A stretch of DNA of 55,504 bases. It comes from Octopus bimaculoides (taxonomy: Eukaryota). Location of the stretch: the NCBI RefSeq assembly GCF_001194135.2, contig NC_068984.1, forward strand, positions 38,031,377 through 38,086,880, written 5' to 3'. The translations under genes were made by a program, and so were the position numbers. Positions 24,214 through 37,699 of the stretch are shown one piece after another; position 1 is the first letter of the stretch; every line of letters starts with the position of its first letter. The notes under the pieces were generated by a model. That model was given only the letters and a program-made list of their open reading frames with translations, made no database searches and was not told the DNA's origin.

Positions 24214-26289
24214 TGTTGCACGTTTAATATGTATTTACGTCTATAATATTCTTATCTATTCATCTGATTAGAAATGTCTCGTATTTTTGATTAGAATATG
24301 AGGGGCTGACACACCTGTTATGTGTCATGTATATATGTGTATTTTAATATATGCTTATATATCCAATAAGAAATTTATCGAGTACTTTAATTACGTTAGG
24401 AAAATATATTCGGGTGGGATTTGCACTGTTTAATGATCCCCTAACTTTTGCAGTGAACATTCTCCTCCCCCACGTCCTTCATCTATCTCATCTTTTAAGT
24501 AATATGATGATATTACTTAAAAGAATGAGTCATGTGTTACACAACGCGATAGAAGATAACACGGGACATTTCGAAAGGTCAGCAACACTACCCAATAAAT
24601 GCCTTCACTTATAACGCTCCCTTCAAAAAGCCTCACTGGAAGCAGTGAAGGGATGATATTGCCAACTTCTATCTGAAACCACTGGCATAGTAACGAAATT
24701 TCCTTCAAATCACCCTGTTATCTTAGAAAAGAAATACACGTTAGATAGTGTTGTCCTGGGTACATTGTACCTTGAAAAGAAAAGGGACGGTCACGAATGG
24801 AATACTTTTAATCGAACGTTTGCTCAATCAAAGCTGACTTGAGAGCCAAAGATACCTATCACTGTTAGAGCATACTTTTACCAGTTCATTTAAAGTGTTT
24901 ATTTCTCGCTTCACTTTTTTTTATGCTCTAATAAATTTAAGTAGGTTTGTCTAATCTCCTCACTGTGTAAGAAAGTGTCAATTTATCACCAGAAAAGGTC
25001 AACATTTATTCAGTAAATTCTTTTATATTTTTCGTGTGTGTGTGAGTGTTCAGCAGTTTGTTTTGTAGTGGTTGTTGTTTAGTTCTGATCAATCAGACCT
25101 AAGTTGTTCCAGTTATGACAACACATTTCTTTTTTTCGCAATGTAAATAAAACTGTATTATTCATTGTTGTCCCATTTATTTTTAAAAGACAGAAAAATA
25201 TGGTTTGGAGGAGATTTAGCTGCTATTTCTAGGAAGTCATACAACTAAGTTGAGGCTCCCGCGTTGGCTTGTATTTGTTTGGTTTGAGACGGTTGCAATA
25301 TCCGACAAATCCATGTATCTTATACACTGTAGCTAAACAAAGGTTTGGAATGAACTAATAAATCTATTCTTGCCAGTACTGTTATTCATACGAATTCAGA
25401 AACCCACTATTCGGCGTGAATGAAGCAAAACCCTTTCATTGTTGGTATTTGAATCCAGGATGAAAGAACAGTTACATTTAGTTAGTGCCAGATTTGAGCA
25501 TAAGCTAGTTTAGGGCCTCACAATTTGCAAGGATCTCTAAAAAGACATCTTTTTACATTTTGTGATGCCTAGTGTATTTTTTATCAAGGAGGCTTACAAG
25601 CATTGTATTGCTGAGGACCCTGCCTAACGCCGAGGTCATCACCCTACCGTTTCTGCCACTGCTCCAACAATAATAATAATGGTTTCTAACTTTGTCACAA
25701 AGCTTACACATTTTGGAGGAAAGGTAAAATTGATCGATTTGTTTCTAATATTCTAGTATCGAAGTAGGATTTGAGCTCTGAATAAAATACTGTATTACAT
25801 ATAGTTTCTGTCTGCCATGTGGCGGTTTAGCATTTTCTAATCTCGTTGAGAGAAATACAACAATTCTGACCCCCATTTCTCTCTCACTAGTAGTGGTGGT
25901 AGTAGTAGTTTATCCTCAAACTGGCCCTTATCGAACAAACCTGTCGATCAAAGGCATTGCAACTGTGATCACCCTGTCTTTATTTTAGTACGGTGCTTCG
26001 TAATTTGAAGCGGATTTGACTGCTATTTCATGCATGTTTAGTGACCTTGTATAGGCTGCTTTTTTGACTGGGCTGTAGTAGTTTATCTCAAATGACATCG
26101 TGGTTTTGGTATCTAATGGTCAATTCAACGTGACAAGAAATATTTTCATTGCTGATGTCGGTGTTTTACTTAGTTACCCTGACAAACGATAAATGTGTCA
26201 AGGGAAGTGATCAGAATCATGGTTGTGGTTGTTGTTGTTGTTGCTGAGATATCGCTGAGTATGGCTATGATCAAAGGTGTTCTGGCCAT

Positions 26290-27065
26290 CACTGTACCCA
26301 CTTTCTCTCCTGACATGGTTTATCTAAGGTTACATATTCCAGTGTCTCCCTCACCCCTACATTAATTGGATGTGATTTGAGGAAGATTAGGCTAGTTTTT
26401 GTAACACCTCGAGGAGCCACATAGAGGTCCCATCCCATGTTCGCAATTATTCTGATAGCTGTATCACCAAACGTTACTGTATCAACCATCATTATATTCT
26501 TCTTGTCATCTCCATTTTTTCCCAGTTTTCACCATACATTTGGATTCCTGAAGAGCTATAGTCTCCATTTTTAAGTATGGTGTGTAGCTTGAAGTTTTGA
26601 GGAATTATAAATGGCTTGTTATGACGTTGGGTAGCTTTGTCAATGTAATGAATTAGCTATTTAGGAAGAGTCGTCGTAACTGCTTGTAGGTGAAACCGGC
26701 CCACGGACTAAACTTTGACTAAGGCTTGGTTCTGATTCTCGAATGAGTAATCACTGAGGCTAAGTTATGAGGGAGTCTCGCCTAGAAATGTGTTGAGAAG
26801 AAGCTTTCCTTGTAAGACTGGACAAAGGTGGTGAACGTTTTACATCGTCTCCATGATCTATTAGTGTCGGAGCTAGTCCACTTGTATCTCCGTATCCCGT
26901 AGATAGTGGTGCGCTGAAGCTGCGGACTCTAGATATTCTGAGAGGTGAGCAGTTGTGGTTTGTTAGACACGTTTTCCCCTCAATTCATCTCTGACAGAGC
27001 TGCAATTCAGTGACAAGCGTAGATAAACGTCTGGATCTGGGATGTTGCCGGGTTTTCACTTTCTT
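26290..27065 (-). mobile_element. Decayed LINE 5' fragment with apurinic endonuclease remnant
   Basis: IALQES motif followed by an ..YVAP..LIFL-like segment (ORF 26289-26492), with GC-richer upstream sequence. Clade not assignable. Confidence 0.35.
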
Positions 27066-30000
27066 CTGTATTAATTTTGCATCTTAAAAAAGGCTCTTAG
27101 CGAGTATGAATGACGATTTTCTGGGTAATGTTCGAGGTATGTACGAAGACCAACTTAGCAGTGTCATCTGGATAACTTTTGAATTTGGGATTATCGATAA
27201 ATTTCAAAAGTTCTTGGCATGGTAATGCCGGTTCTACAGTGGCGTAGCTAAAGTGAGCACCGCCCGGGATAGCCCTTGAAGTTGCCGCCCTGCTCCGCAC
27301 AGTCTTATATAGGTGACCCCAAAGTTCTGCTCCCATACTAGCGTCACCCGAAGCGATGTACAAGGGAGACGAATGGAGTGAAATGTCAGATGATTCCCCT
27401 TCTTCCGATGGTATTATAAAATTTTCCAAATTCACGAATTATGTTAGTGTGAGTGTTTTGTGCACACGTTTGTGTTTGTCCCCACCCTCGCCACTGCTTC
27501 AAAACTGGTGTTGGTTTGTTTGGTTCGCGTAATCTAGTTGTTCGTCTAAAGAAACCGATAGAATAAGTGCCAGACTTAAGTACCGGGATCGACTTGTTCG
27601 ACTAACCCTACAAGGTGGCACTCCAGCATGACCGTAGTCCAATGGCTAATATATTTATATATAATTGGTACCCCAGCATGGCTGAAATATACTCACAAAG
27701 CCATTCCTATAGAGTCTGAAATTGTCCAGTACATCAGAAACCATTTCTTTGGATATATATGTTTTAAGCATCATCTCATGTCTGGTGGAGGAGCATCCGC
27801 AGTCCTTTCAGTTTTTACTATATTTGGAAAGATTTTTTTTTTTTTCAGGTTTATGTTATGCATATTTTTAAACTCAATCTCAGATATTTAACACGTAAAT
27901 CTGAGAAAATTTTCAAAAGGTGTTCAAAACTAAAAAGAATTATGGAAAAAGGGGTCACTGTTTCTGCTGAATCGTAGTCTACGATTCCTAAAACATACAC
28001 ATCCTAAGAAATTACTGCTTTTGGTGCACTAGACAATTCTATTGGAATACACATACTTACACACGTACGTAAATTTGTGTGTTTGTGTATTTATGTGTGA
28101 TGTTTTCCCCTTTCATTTGCATGTGATCCGGCCACACATTCATAGGAGGACTTTATAGTCAAACGATTCGTGTTCAGTCCATTCTTGAAACATAATTTAT
28201 TGAGTCTGGATATATGAAAAGTTAAGACAGAGGAGCAAAGCGACATAATACTATTGGTATTTAGTTTGTGAGCTTCTTAAGGTTTCGTAACCTTAAAGTT
28301 TTACCTCTTGATATTTCTAGTTATTATATACTTTACTAGTCTTAGTGTTTACCATGATGAAAAATAACTATATCTTTATGAACTAACACCGTTCAAGACA
28401 GTGTCCCAGCATGGTCGCAGTTAAATGACTGAAACAAGTAAAAGATAGGAATAAACGTTTGTTTTAAAATACAAGCAGCCTAACGACGAAACCTTTATGA
28501 AGTCGCTGAATCTGTTGCTGTTAGAAATATCAGCAAAATATCCCTCGAATCACGCACCCTAACTGTCTTTAATAAGGAAGTGCACGCTATACTCCGCTTA
28601 AATAAAAAGACGGGTTTGATGGTCACTGCTAGAACGCCTTTGGTGTGTGTTTGTGTGTGTGTGTGTGAGAGAGAGAAAGAGAGCGATGAATGTGGATGCT
28701 GCAATTTCGAATCAAGGGAGAAAATTATGAATTCAGTGACTGGACATTCATAGCAACAATGCTCATTATGGACTACGTGGTCCATAATGAGCAAGAACTG
28801 CAAGAAAAACACGGTCAATTATCCTTGCAGTTGTGAATGATAGCGGCTAACAGTTGGATCCTAATTCCTTTAACAGTGGTTACGACTATCCCTCTATTAT
28901 AAACATCACTATTCAGCTCAAATTGCATATATTATTGTTTAGCCCCAGGTTTGCCTTGATCGAGCACGTCTATTAACAAAAGCATTCTACCGCGACTGCA
29001 GGGTTTTTTTTTTTTAGGTATATCAGGTCTACAATCAAATATGTTTTTTTTTTTTTTTTCAGGCAGAGAAAAAATTGGCTGCTATTTCTAGCAAACTGAT
29101 ATACCATTTGAACGTTCCTTTGCTGGGTTGTAATTTATGAGTGTGTGCATGTACATGTGTGTCCATGGGTGTTGTTTAGTTACACGAGGAGAACGCTTTG
29201 ACCAAAGGCATTCAGACCATGATCATCCCGCCTGTCCTCTATACGCATGGAACCCAAGACTATATTATTCAGTGTGTTCTTTTTCAGAGGGTAGGGTGTC
29301 GGAGTTTTCTCTGCTATTTCTAGCAAGAGGCTCTCTCGTTGACTCGAGTTAGTCGGTCGATATTGCAAGGCGACTTGCAATGCTTGCTTTTATGCCCAAT
29401 AGGAGAAATATAATACTTGTTGTTATTCTTTCCTGTGCGACTTTTCCTGTCATTCTACTCTAATCAATACAATAAATAAGTCAACTATTGAGTCAATACC
29501 AGTTAGCTACTGATAATGATTTAATCTATTGTATACCTTGCCTCCACAATTAGTGGTTTTGTGCCTGACATAAATATCCTCAATCATTAACATCTTTCTT
29601 TACTTCTATGTGTATATGTATGTAATTTCTCTTTGTTCCTTTTCTCGTCGTCTTTATGAAAAATAAAGAAATTATTATTATAAAAATAATGTTTAGAATT
29701 TGCTTATGTTGGTTAGAAATTCCGATCAATATTGTCGTAACGCTGGGCAATTTATCAAATACTCTGCGTGTGTGTGGTTGCATTTGTCTCTCTTGTGGTG
29801 GTGGCTTCTTTAGTTGTCATGTGATGGAATTCTTGCCGTGTCCTTAATTTTAGTGGTAGAGTAAGATGATCGCTGCACAAAATGCCCCATCGCGTTTAGA
29901 TACATTCTTTTACATCCCGAATAGTTGAAATCCTTTCGAGGGCCACTTTGCCTTTCCTCCTTCTTAGGTTGATAAGGTAAAGTACCAATGAAATACTGGT

Positions 30001-30079
30001 GAAATTGATACAATCAACAGTATCCGTCTCCCCAGACTGTGTGTCCTGTAATGTATACCTTCGTTGGAAACTAATATAG

Positions 30080-30432
30080 TTTCCCATCCACATTGCGTGA
30101 CACCTTGGGAAAAGTGCCTTCTGCTATAGCCTCGAGCCGACCAGTCTCCTAAGTGGATTTGATAGATGGAAACTGAAAGAGACCCGTCATATATATATGT
30201 GTGTGTGTGCGTGTGTGTATATAATCTGTCTTTGTCACTCACCACCGCTTGACAACCAGTAATGGTTTGTTTACGTCCCCGTAACTTAGCGGTTCGGCAA
30301 AAAGAGTATGAAAGAATAAGGTACCAGGCTTTAAAAAATAAGTATTGGGGTCGATTCGTTTGACTATAAATTCATCAAGCCAGTACCCCAGTGTGGCTGC
30401 GGTCTAATGACTAAAACAAATGAAAGATAAAA
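30080..30432 (+). mobile_element. SINE (CR1-tailed family), CpGs retained
   Basis: Same body as 3225-3590 but keeps gcggttcggc and ggggtcgattcg. Confidence 0.75.
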
Positions 30433-31116
30433 GATATAATCATTGTCCTTGTTTTATCATCGTTTTCCATGCTTGCTTGAGCTAGACGGAATTGAAGGAC
30501 TTTCTTCTACAACCAGATGCTCTATCTGTGGTGACCCATTACCTGCTTCCAAGGAAAGTAATATTTCCTCATAATGAGACACGTTTCCAAGTTGAAGTCA
30601 CTTGCCCAAAGTGCCATGCAGTGGAAATGAAACCGAAACCATTTGGTTGGGAAGCAAGCTTTATACCACACAATTATGTCTATATATTATCATCATCACC
30701 ATCATCGTCATCATTGTTTTTAATGACTACCTTTCCATGCCTGCATGGGTCAGAATGGGAATATGTTGAGGCAGTTTTTAAATCCAGATACCCTTCCTAA
30801 TGTGAAGTAATTATCTTTTTGTATGTCAAATGATAAACAGTCTGGGTATGGCTATGTGAAGAACTGGAAACAAATGATACCATCTGAACGAGCTTTTGGT
30901 AAACAAAGCTCTCATCATGTTACATACATGTGAAGAAGCTTGGATATGCTTTCACAATTGACTACAAGTAGACAACACTGTCAAGAAGACCATTGTTTGC
31001 ACCTAGCAAACAGATGTGAAGACAAGAGGAAATACGAATTCACTCACAAATGTGTGCACATGCTCGCTCCTACACATATACACACACACACACACACGTG
31101 TGTGTGTGTGTATGTT

Positions 31117-32025
31117 ATCATTATTTAACATCCTTATTCCGTGCTGGCATGGGTTGGTTGGTTTGACTGAAAACTGGTAAGTTGGGGAGCTGCACCAGGT
31201 TCCAGTCTGATTTGGCATGGTTTATACAGCTGGATGCTCTTCCTAATGCCAACCACTGCAAGAGTACCAGTTACAAAACATCAGCATTGGCCATGACTAT
31301 GATCTCACTTGGCTTGATAGGTTTTCTTAAGCATGGTGTATTACCAAAGGTCTCAGTCACTTGTCACTGCCTCTGTGAAGCCCAAAGTTCGAAGGGTACT
31401 TTTTACATGCCACTGGCATGGGTGCCAGTTATGAAACACTGGCATTGGCCATGACTATGATTTCACTTGGCTTGTCAAGTCTTCTCAAGTACAGTATATT
31501 GCCAAAAGTCTTGGTCACTTGTCACTGCCTCTGTGAGGCCCAAAATTTGAAGGGTGCTTTTTACATGCCAGTTACACGACACTGGCATCAGCCATGACTG
31601 CAATTTCACTTGGCTTGACAGGTCTTCTCAAGCACTGCATATTGCCCAATGTTTGAAGAGTGCTTTTTACATGCCAATTACGCAACACTGGCATCAGCCA
31701 TGACTGCAATTTCACTTGGCTTGGCTGGTCTTCTCAAGCACAGCATACTGCCAAAGATTTTGGCCATTTGTCATTGCCTTCATGAGGTTCAATGTTCAAA
31801 GATTATGCTTCACCACCTCATCGCATGTCTTCCTGGGTCTACCTCTTCTACAGGTTCTCTCCAACATTAGAGATCAGCACTTCTTCACACAGCTGTCCTT
31901 ATCCATATGTATCATATGACCATACCAGCTTAGTTGTCTCTCCTTGCACACCACATCTGATGCCTCTTATGCCCAACTTTCTCTCAATACACATCATGCA
32001 TGCACTCTGACATTGCACATCCAGC
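31117..32025 (-). mobile_element. RTE 3' fragment with a tandemly repeated ORF2-end/3' UTR segment
   Basis: An ORF2 C-terminal remnant at 31790-32025, four related units at about 31284-31790 and an RTE tail at 31117-31265. Confidence 0.75.
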
Positions 32026-32294
32026 AAAGCATACTGAATCCAATGCCAAGTCAAGCAGACAGTGTTAGGATCTGTTGTATGTGGTTAGATGCTAAAGTAA
32101 TTCCTCCAGATTTTCAAGAGGATGCAAATGTAGCACTCCAATCTAATAGACCATCTGTCAATTTTACAGCAGTGCCTGCAAATACGAGTGAGTGTCTCTA
32201 CCCTGCATTACTTATCTTCAGCTTGGTTTATTCAACCATTTAAGACTGAAGTTCTGTCTATTAGATGTCATTTCTTTTTTTTTTTTGTCTGTTA

Positions 32295-32505
32295 CAGTAA
32301 TCCCTCACTGTATCACGGTTTATTATTTAAGCTTATGTCGATTCCTCCATTGTGTTGTTTTGCATTTATAATAAAATAAATATATACAAATTATAAAAAT
32401 AATAAAAAAAAAAATATCCAGTACAGTACTGTTTCTATTTTGCAGATTTTCACCTATTGTGTGGGGTTTTGGAATGTAACACCCGTGATAGATGAGGGAT
32501 TACTG
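32295..32505. mobile_element. pogo/Tigger-like MITE
   Basis: TA|CAGTAATCCCTCA..TATCACGG ... CCGTGATA..TGAGGGATTACTG|TA, 211 bp. Confidence 0.75.
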
Positions 32506-33639
32506 TATTGATGATTTCTTAATTTGGTTAAGGCCAGTTGTTAAAAAGAATGGAGTACTGTCAATTATATTCATTATCTATATTAGCAATAAGGAAACCT
32601 CTACTTACCTTGCTTTGTAAAGAAAAAGAAACCCCAGCAGATAATGTGATCCCAAATAATGTAGTATATTATCTGAATATTATTTAGAAGAAAATGTTTG
32701 ATAAAAAGAAGGGATGTTTATGACTGAAAAGCTTTCAATTGTAGGTCTGTTTGATTAGGGTTGAGCTGGGACTAAACAACTTTAGAGGGACCTCTACAAC
32801 AGTAAGGACTGAGAGGGATCAAACCAAATTCTGTATGGCATTTAATTTGACTGTTTTGTTCAGCTACACAGCCCTTGATATTTGCTAAAATCATTTGTCT
32901 GAAATAATTGAAATTGCTTTTCTTCATAGCACTCTAACAATACCTGGTTATTGAACTATGACGTTTGCCTACATAGATTCCCAAGAGTGATGTATTTAAT
33001 TGAACTAAATGATAATGACTTGAGTACAATTAAAACTAGATAATGGGATTGTCTTGATATAATCTTACCAACACCTACATCACTTGTTCATGCACGTGCT
33101 CACCCACTCACACATACACCCACCATTTTTATCAGTTAGATGTCTACTTTTTCCAATCTGATCTTGGTTGGGAAGGTCTGCACTACAACGTTTATCAACA
33201 CATTTTGTTCCAGTATCATATTTTATGGAGATTTTTGTGGTGGTGTGAGGCAGATGTATTTAATGTGGGCCTAGTACAGAGAAGTTCTCTTCTCAAATTG
33301 GGGTCTCTCTCCACCACATATCAATTTGAACCATAATCAACTGTGTGTATGTTATCATACACGTCACAAATAAATATGATAGTGTAAATCCCTCATCCAC
33401 ACGTCTTGTTGTTGTTCGTAATTGTCAAGTACCTTACATACACAGACCATTGAGGCCACCTCTGAACTTGCTAGAAATAGCAGCCATATCATATCCTACC
33501 AATGAATAGAAAGTCAGGCTTAGATACATGTTATCTGAAAAAAAAAGACAATATGGTCATAGCTAGAACAACTTTTATCATAGGTCTGCTATATCAGAGT
33601 TCTCTGCATGGAGGCTAAGCCACAACAAATTTTGGTACA

Positions 33640-33948
33640 GTCTCAGTAGTTAGTGTCGGGCTCACAATCATGATGTAGTGAGTTCCATTCCTGGACTGAG
33701 CTGCATGTTGTGTTCTTGAGCAAGACACTTTATTTCATGCTGCTCCAGTTCACTCAGCTATAGAAATGAGTTGCGATGTCACTGGTGTGAAGCTGCATCA
33801 ACCTTTGTGTTTCCCTTGGATAACATCAGTGGCATGGAGAGGGGAGGCTGGTATGCATGGGTGACCTTGCTTGGACTTATGTCTTTGAGGGGAACTTTCT
33901 AGGTGCAACCCTATGGTCATTCATGATTGAAGGGGGTCTTTACCCTTT
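33640..33948 (+). mobile_element. tRNA-headed SINE (same family as 10921)
   Basis: Colinear with 10921-11252 over about 300 bp. Confidence 0.7.
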
Positions 33949-34073
33949 ATTATAGTAATTTGAAAACTTGACCAAAGAGGCAGGTGGTAGAAGAGGAATA
34001 ACCAGAACCTGAGTGCTGTCAGCACATCTAACTACTCCATTAACTACCTCTTGGTATTTGGTATTTCTGTACA

Positions 34074-36866
34074 TGTAGGGCATTCTGAAGGGAAAAAAAG
34101 GCACTTTGCATTATCCTTACCCTCAGAATATTTTCCCCCTTTAGTTTGAGTAAACATTTCTTTTTTCCCCAAATCCCACCCATCTCTACCTGCATTTATG
34201 TATGTTCATATGTGCTGGGTTGTATTGATGTTTTTCTGATACAGTTTTACTTGTGTGCGATTGCAAGTGTGTATAGTTATGGAATGTTTTTATTGGAATA
34301 TATAATTATTTCTTTGTGAATACGATATTGAAGGCATAAGGATATAACTTCAGGCAATGAGGATTTTTTGAAGCTCACGTAGGTTATTTGACAATTTGTG
34401 CATCTTACAAATTGTTAACTTAGGGAGAACTTATTAGCCGCAGTAATACAGCTTCAAGAGAAGCAACAGGAACAACTACAGGAGTTGCAGAAGCAAATGT
34501 TACAACAACAACAGTTAAGTGAGTAACAGTCAAGGAAGTTGGAAAATTCAGTTAGTTCATTTATGTCAGACAGCATGGCAAACTCAATTTCTGAATTTAC
34601 TTATAATCCATTTCCTGTTTACTATAGAAGGTACGAGGAAGTTTTAACTAAGATTGCAAGTCCTGGTCAAATGAAGAGAAAGTGAGGCTATTACTACACA
34701 AGGTAGCTCCCACCAACCATGAATGCTACTGTAATTTTGTATTGCCCAAAAAGTCAAGTGAGATTTGTTCCCAAGAAACTATTGAATTACTCTCAAAGAT
34801 CTTCTGTGACAAAAGTTCGTTATTTAACACTTGAATGAAGTATTGGAACTTAACAAAAAATGATGATGATGACTTTTTTACGCTGGCGTAGTCAACCATA
34901 TGTGTGAAAACTCTAAATTTCAGGAACTCACTCAGGATATGTTTAAATCCCTTATCTTCGTACAAAGCCTTATGGAAACCGGAGATGGAGAAATTCAGGG
35001 AAGGATTCTCTCAAAAATAGAGCAAGCAAATTGAGACAGAACCCTACAGACCATTGCAGAAGAATGTCAAACAATGATAAACTTGAAGCATGATACGAAA
35101 AAAATTCAAGAGAAAGATTCTGCAAAAATACAGATGTGTTGACCTGAAAATTACATAGAGCAAACCGACTACAACGTTGGGGTATAAATATTACTAAATT
35201 ACAATTAGAAAATGCAGTATATTCCATCAAAGAAAATAGATCTTGTAGACTGTCTATCAAGATTAATTTCCAAGAATATGGAACCACTAGAGGATACCTT
35301 GATAGCTGCACTGCAGGCAGAAAATGAAATAAAAAGTGTTATGACTAATGTTATCCAAGAACTGCCATTAACTGCACAAGATATAAGAACGAAATCTGTA
35401 GGTGATAAATATATTACAAAAATAAAAGAAGCTTTAAAAAATAAGCAGAATGAAAATACTAATCCGTGTAGTTTCTCAATATGTGGCAATATTCTGATGT
35501 ATGTGCAAAGAGTAGTAGTACTGACTACATTACGTGTATTGCAGCAATTCCACAGCAGACACTTGGGAATGTTGAGGATGAAAGCTCTGATGAGGAGCTA
35601 TGTCTGTCGGCTGGCTGTAGACCAGGATATAGAAAATTTGGTGAGAACTTGTTAAAGTTGCACTCTCACAGCCAAAGCCCCATCAGTAAAATATCAATCA
35701 TGGCCGGAGACTGAGAACCCATGGTCTAGGTTACATATTGACTATGCTGGACCGGTGAACAGCGCTTACTATCTAATCATGGTAGACAGCTGTACAAAGT
35801 GGCCAGAGATATGCAGGTGCAAAAAACCACTTGCTAAGACAACTATGAAGTTCCTATATGAATTGTTTGCGTGGTAGTGTTCCAGACACATTAGTTTCTG
35901 ATAATAGAACACAATTCTTGGTATGAATTCAAGAACTTCTGTACAATGCATGCAATAAAGTTTATTTTCACTCCATCCTACCTCCCAAGATAGAAAGATT
36001 CATGGACATGTTCAAAAGAGCGTTAGGAAAAGCTAGGAATGAATTAAGTAATGGTGAAGCACTAACAAAATTCTTAAGGGTATATAGAATAACCCCCAAT
36101 CCAAGTACAAATTCAGGAAAGTCACATGCAGAGTTGATGCTTGCAAGAAGACTAAAATTGATTTTTGGTACATTATTGCCAGAGAAAAAAAATGTGAAAG
36201 AAATATGAAAAATGCAATGAAATATTTTGAAGTAGGAAATAAAGTGCATTTTAAAACCTACAGAAATGGCAAAGATGGCTTGGAGGATGGCCTTGTAACC
36301 CCAAAAATAGGAAGTGTGACATATCAAATCAAAGGACCGTGCTGGGAATATAAGAGACACATAAATCAGCTAAAGAAGAGACATAGTGAAAAACGGAGAG
36401 AAATTCCTAAGGATGTTTTTTTTTTTTATGTATTCGATGTCCCAACACCGAAAGTAATGAAGTCCCATAGAACCAACAAGAGAAAGCGGAAGCAGATGGA
36501 ACACCTCGAGATAAGGCCCAAGTGAAAAAGATACTAAAAGACGATATTTATTATAAATAAAATTTCTTTATTCCTTCAGAACTTGAAATCTCAAAAAGGG
36601 TGATGTTGTGGCGAGAGCACAACATCTTCTGACAATAGGTGGGACCACTACAAATAAATAGTAGCAGTTCGTAGTTTTTTCTTCAAAGTCCAGGTACAGT
36701 TTACAGTTCAAGTTAGTGTGTTGGAAATATTGATTGTTGGTTCATTATGTGTTTGTTACTGCCACTGTTTCTATTTTGTATTGTTATAACACTGTTACAC
36801 TGTATTCTTTATATATCATCGGCAATATCAACCATACTATGATATTGGAGGTGTAAGGATACAACA
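34074..36866 (+). mobile_element. Ty3/Gypsy (Mag/K02A2.6-like) LTR retrotransposon, decayed, protease and RT deleted
   Basis: Gag remnant (QEKQQEQLQ..., IFVQSL, LQTIAEEC), RNase H end (RLQRWG, YIPSKK..DCLSR) and integrase (H..M..MKALMRSY..C, WSRLHIDYAGP, MVDS, LVSDN, ERF, YRITP, KRHINQLK). A PBS-like aggcaatgaggat lies at 34352, with PPT aaaaagggtga followed by the TG...CA 3' LTR at 36604-36866. The left boundary is uncertain. Confidence 0.88.
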
Positions 36867-37330
36867 ATCCCTCTATCATATTTGTGTCTCTCAACACCCA
36901 ACACAATGCCGCCTCCCTCAATACTGCACCACCAGTATGTCAAGGAACCTTGTCTCACAAGTTACTTGTTGACTTCATAAGTGCTGATGCCATGAATAAA
37001 GCACCCAGTATACACTACAAAATAGTTGGCATAGGAATGGTATCCAGCTGTAGAAACCTTACCAAAGTTCACTTTGGAGTCCAACATATTTCTCTGGCTT
37101 GTCAGATCCTGTTGAACCATCCAATCCATGCCAGCATGGAATATGGGCATTAAAGGCTAATGGTCACTCACATACAGACATGAATATGTGTGTTGTCTAT
37201 GAAGGCATTTTAAGTTGTTTTTCACTGATGAGATTGGCTCAGTACCACACTTAGAGTTATGTATTAGTTTCCTGTTTTTCTGTCACTTTTTTTTCTTTCT
37301 CTCTCATATGTACGTGTATGTATCTGTATA

Positions 37331-37640
37331 TCTATATATATAAAAATGGGAATGTGTGTCTGTCTGCCTGTGTGTGTGAATTCCTAAAACTCGAGAACTA
37401 CGCAACCAATTTCATTCAAATTTTACAGATGCCTTACTTAGGGTTCCAGTTGTGTTTTAGTCAAAAAAATTTTAACTTCTTGCAGAGTTCGAGCCCACGG
37501 CAACATAATATCTCCTCCAACATTTAAGTATTTCGTGTCAAAAGTGAAACAAAAGCACTCATGTCAAATACTTCCACTTTAAAATTGAAACTACCCTGCT
37601 AACTGAAACAATCACATTTCGATACTGTAATGACCGATAC

Positions 37641-37699
<59 letters not shown>

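Noticed and set aside
23740-24271. Several ORFs of more than 110 aa rich in Y, I, C, V and M
   Set aside because: They are translations of the TA/TG minisatellite.
27097-27435. 112-aa GC-rich minus-strand ORF containing a cagtggcgtagc motif like a hAT terminus
   Set aside because: No recognisable domain, splice context or matching inverted terminus was found.
31284-31790. Regularly spaced repeats that superficially resemble a CRISPR array
   Set aside because: The DNA is eukaryotic, the units are degenerate LINE-derived tandem copies without unique spacers, and no cas genes are present.
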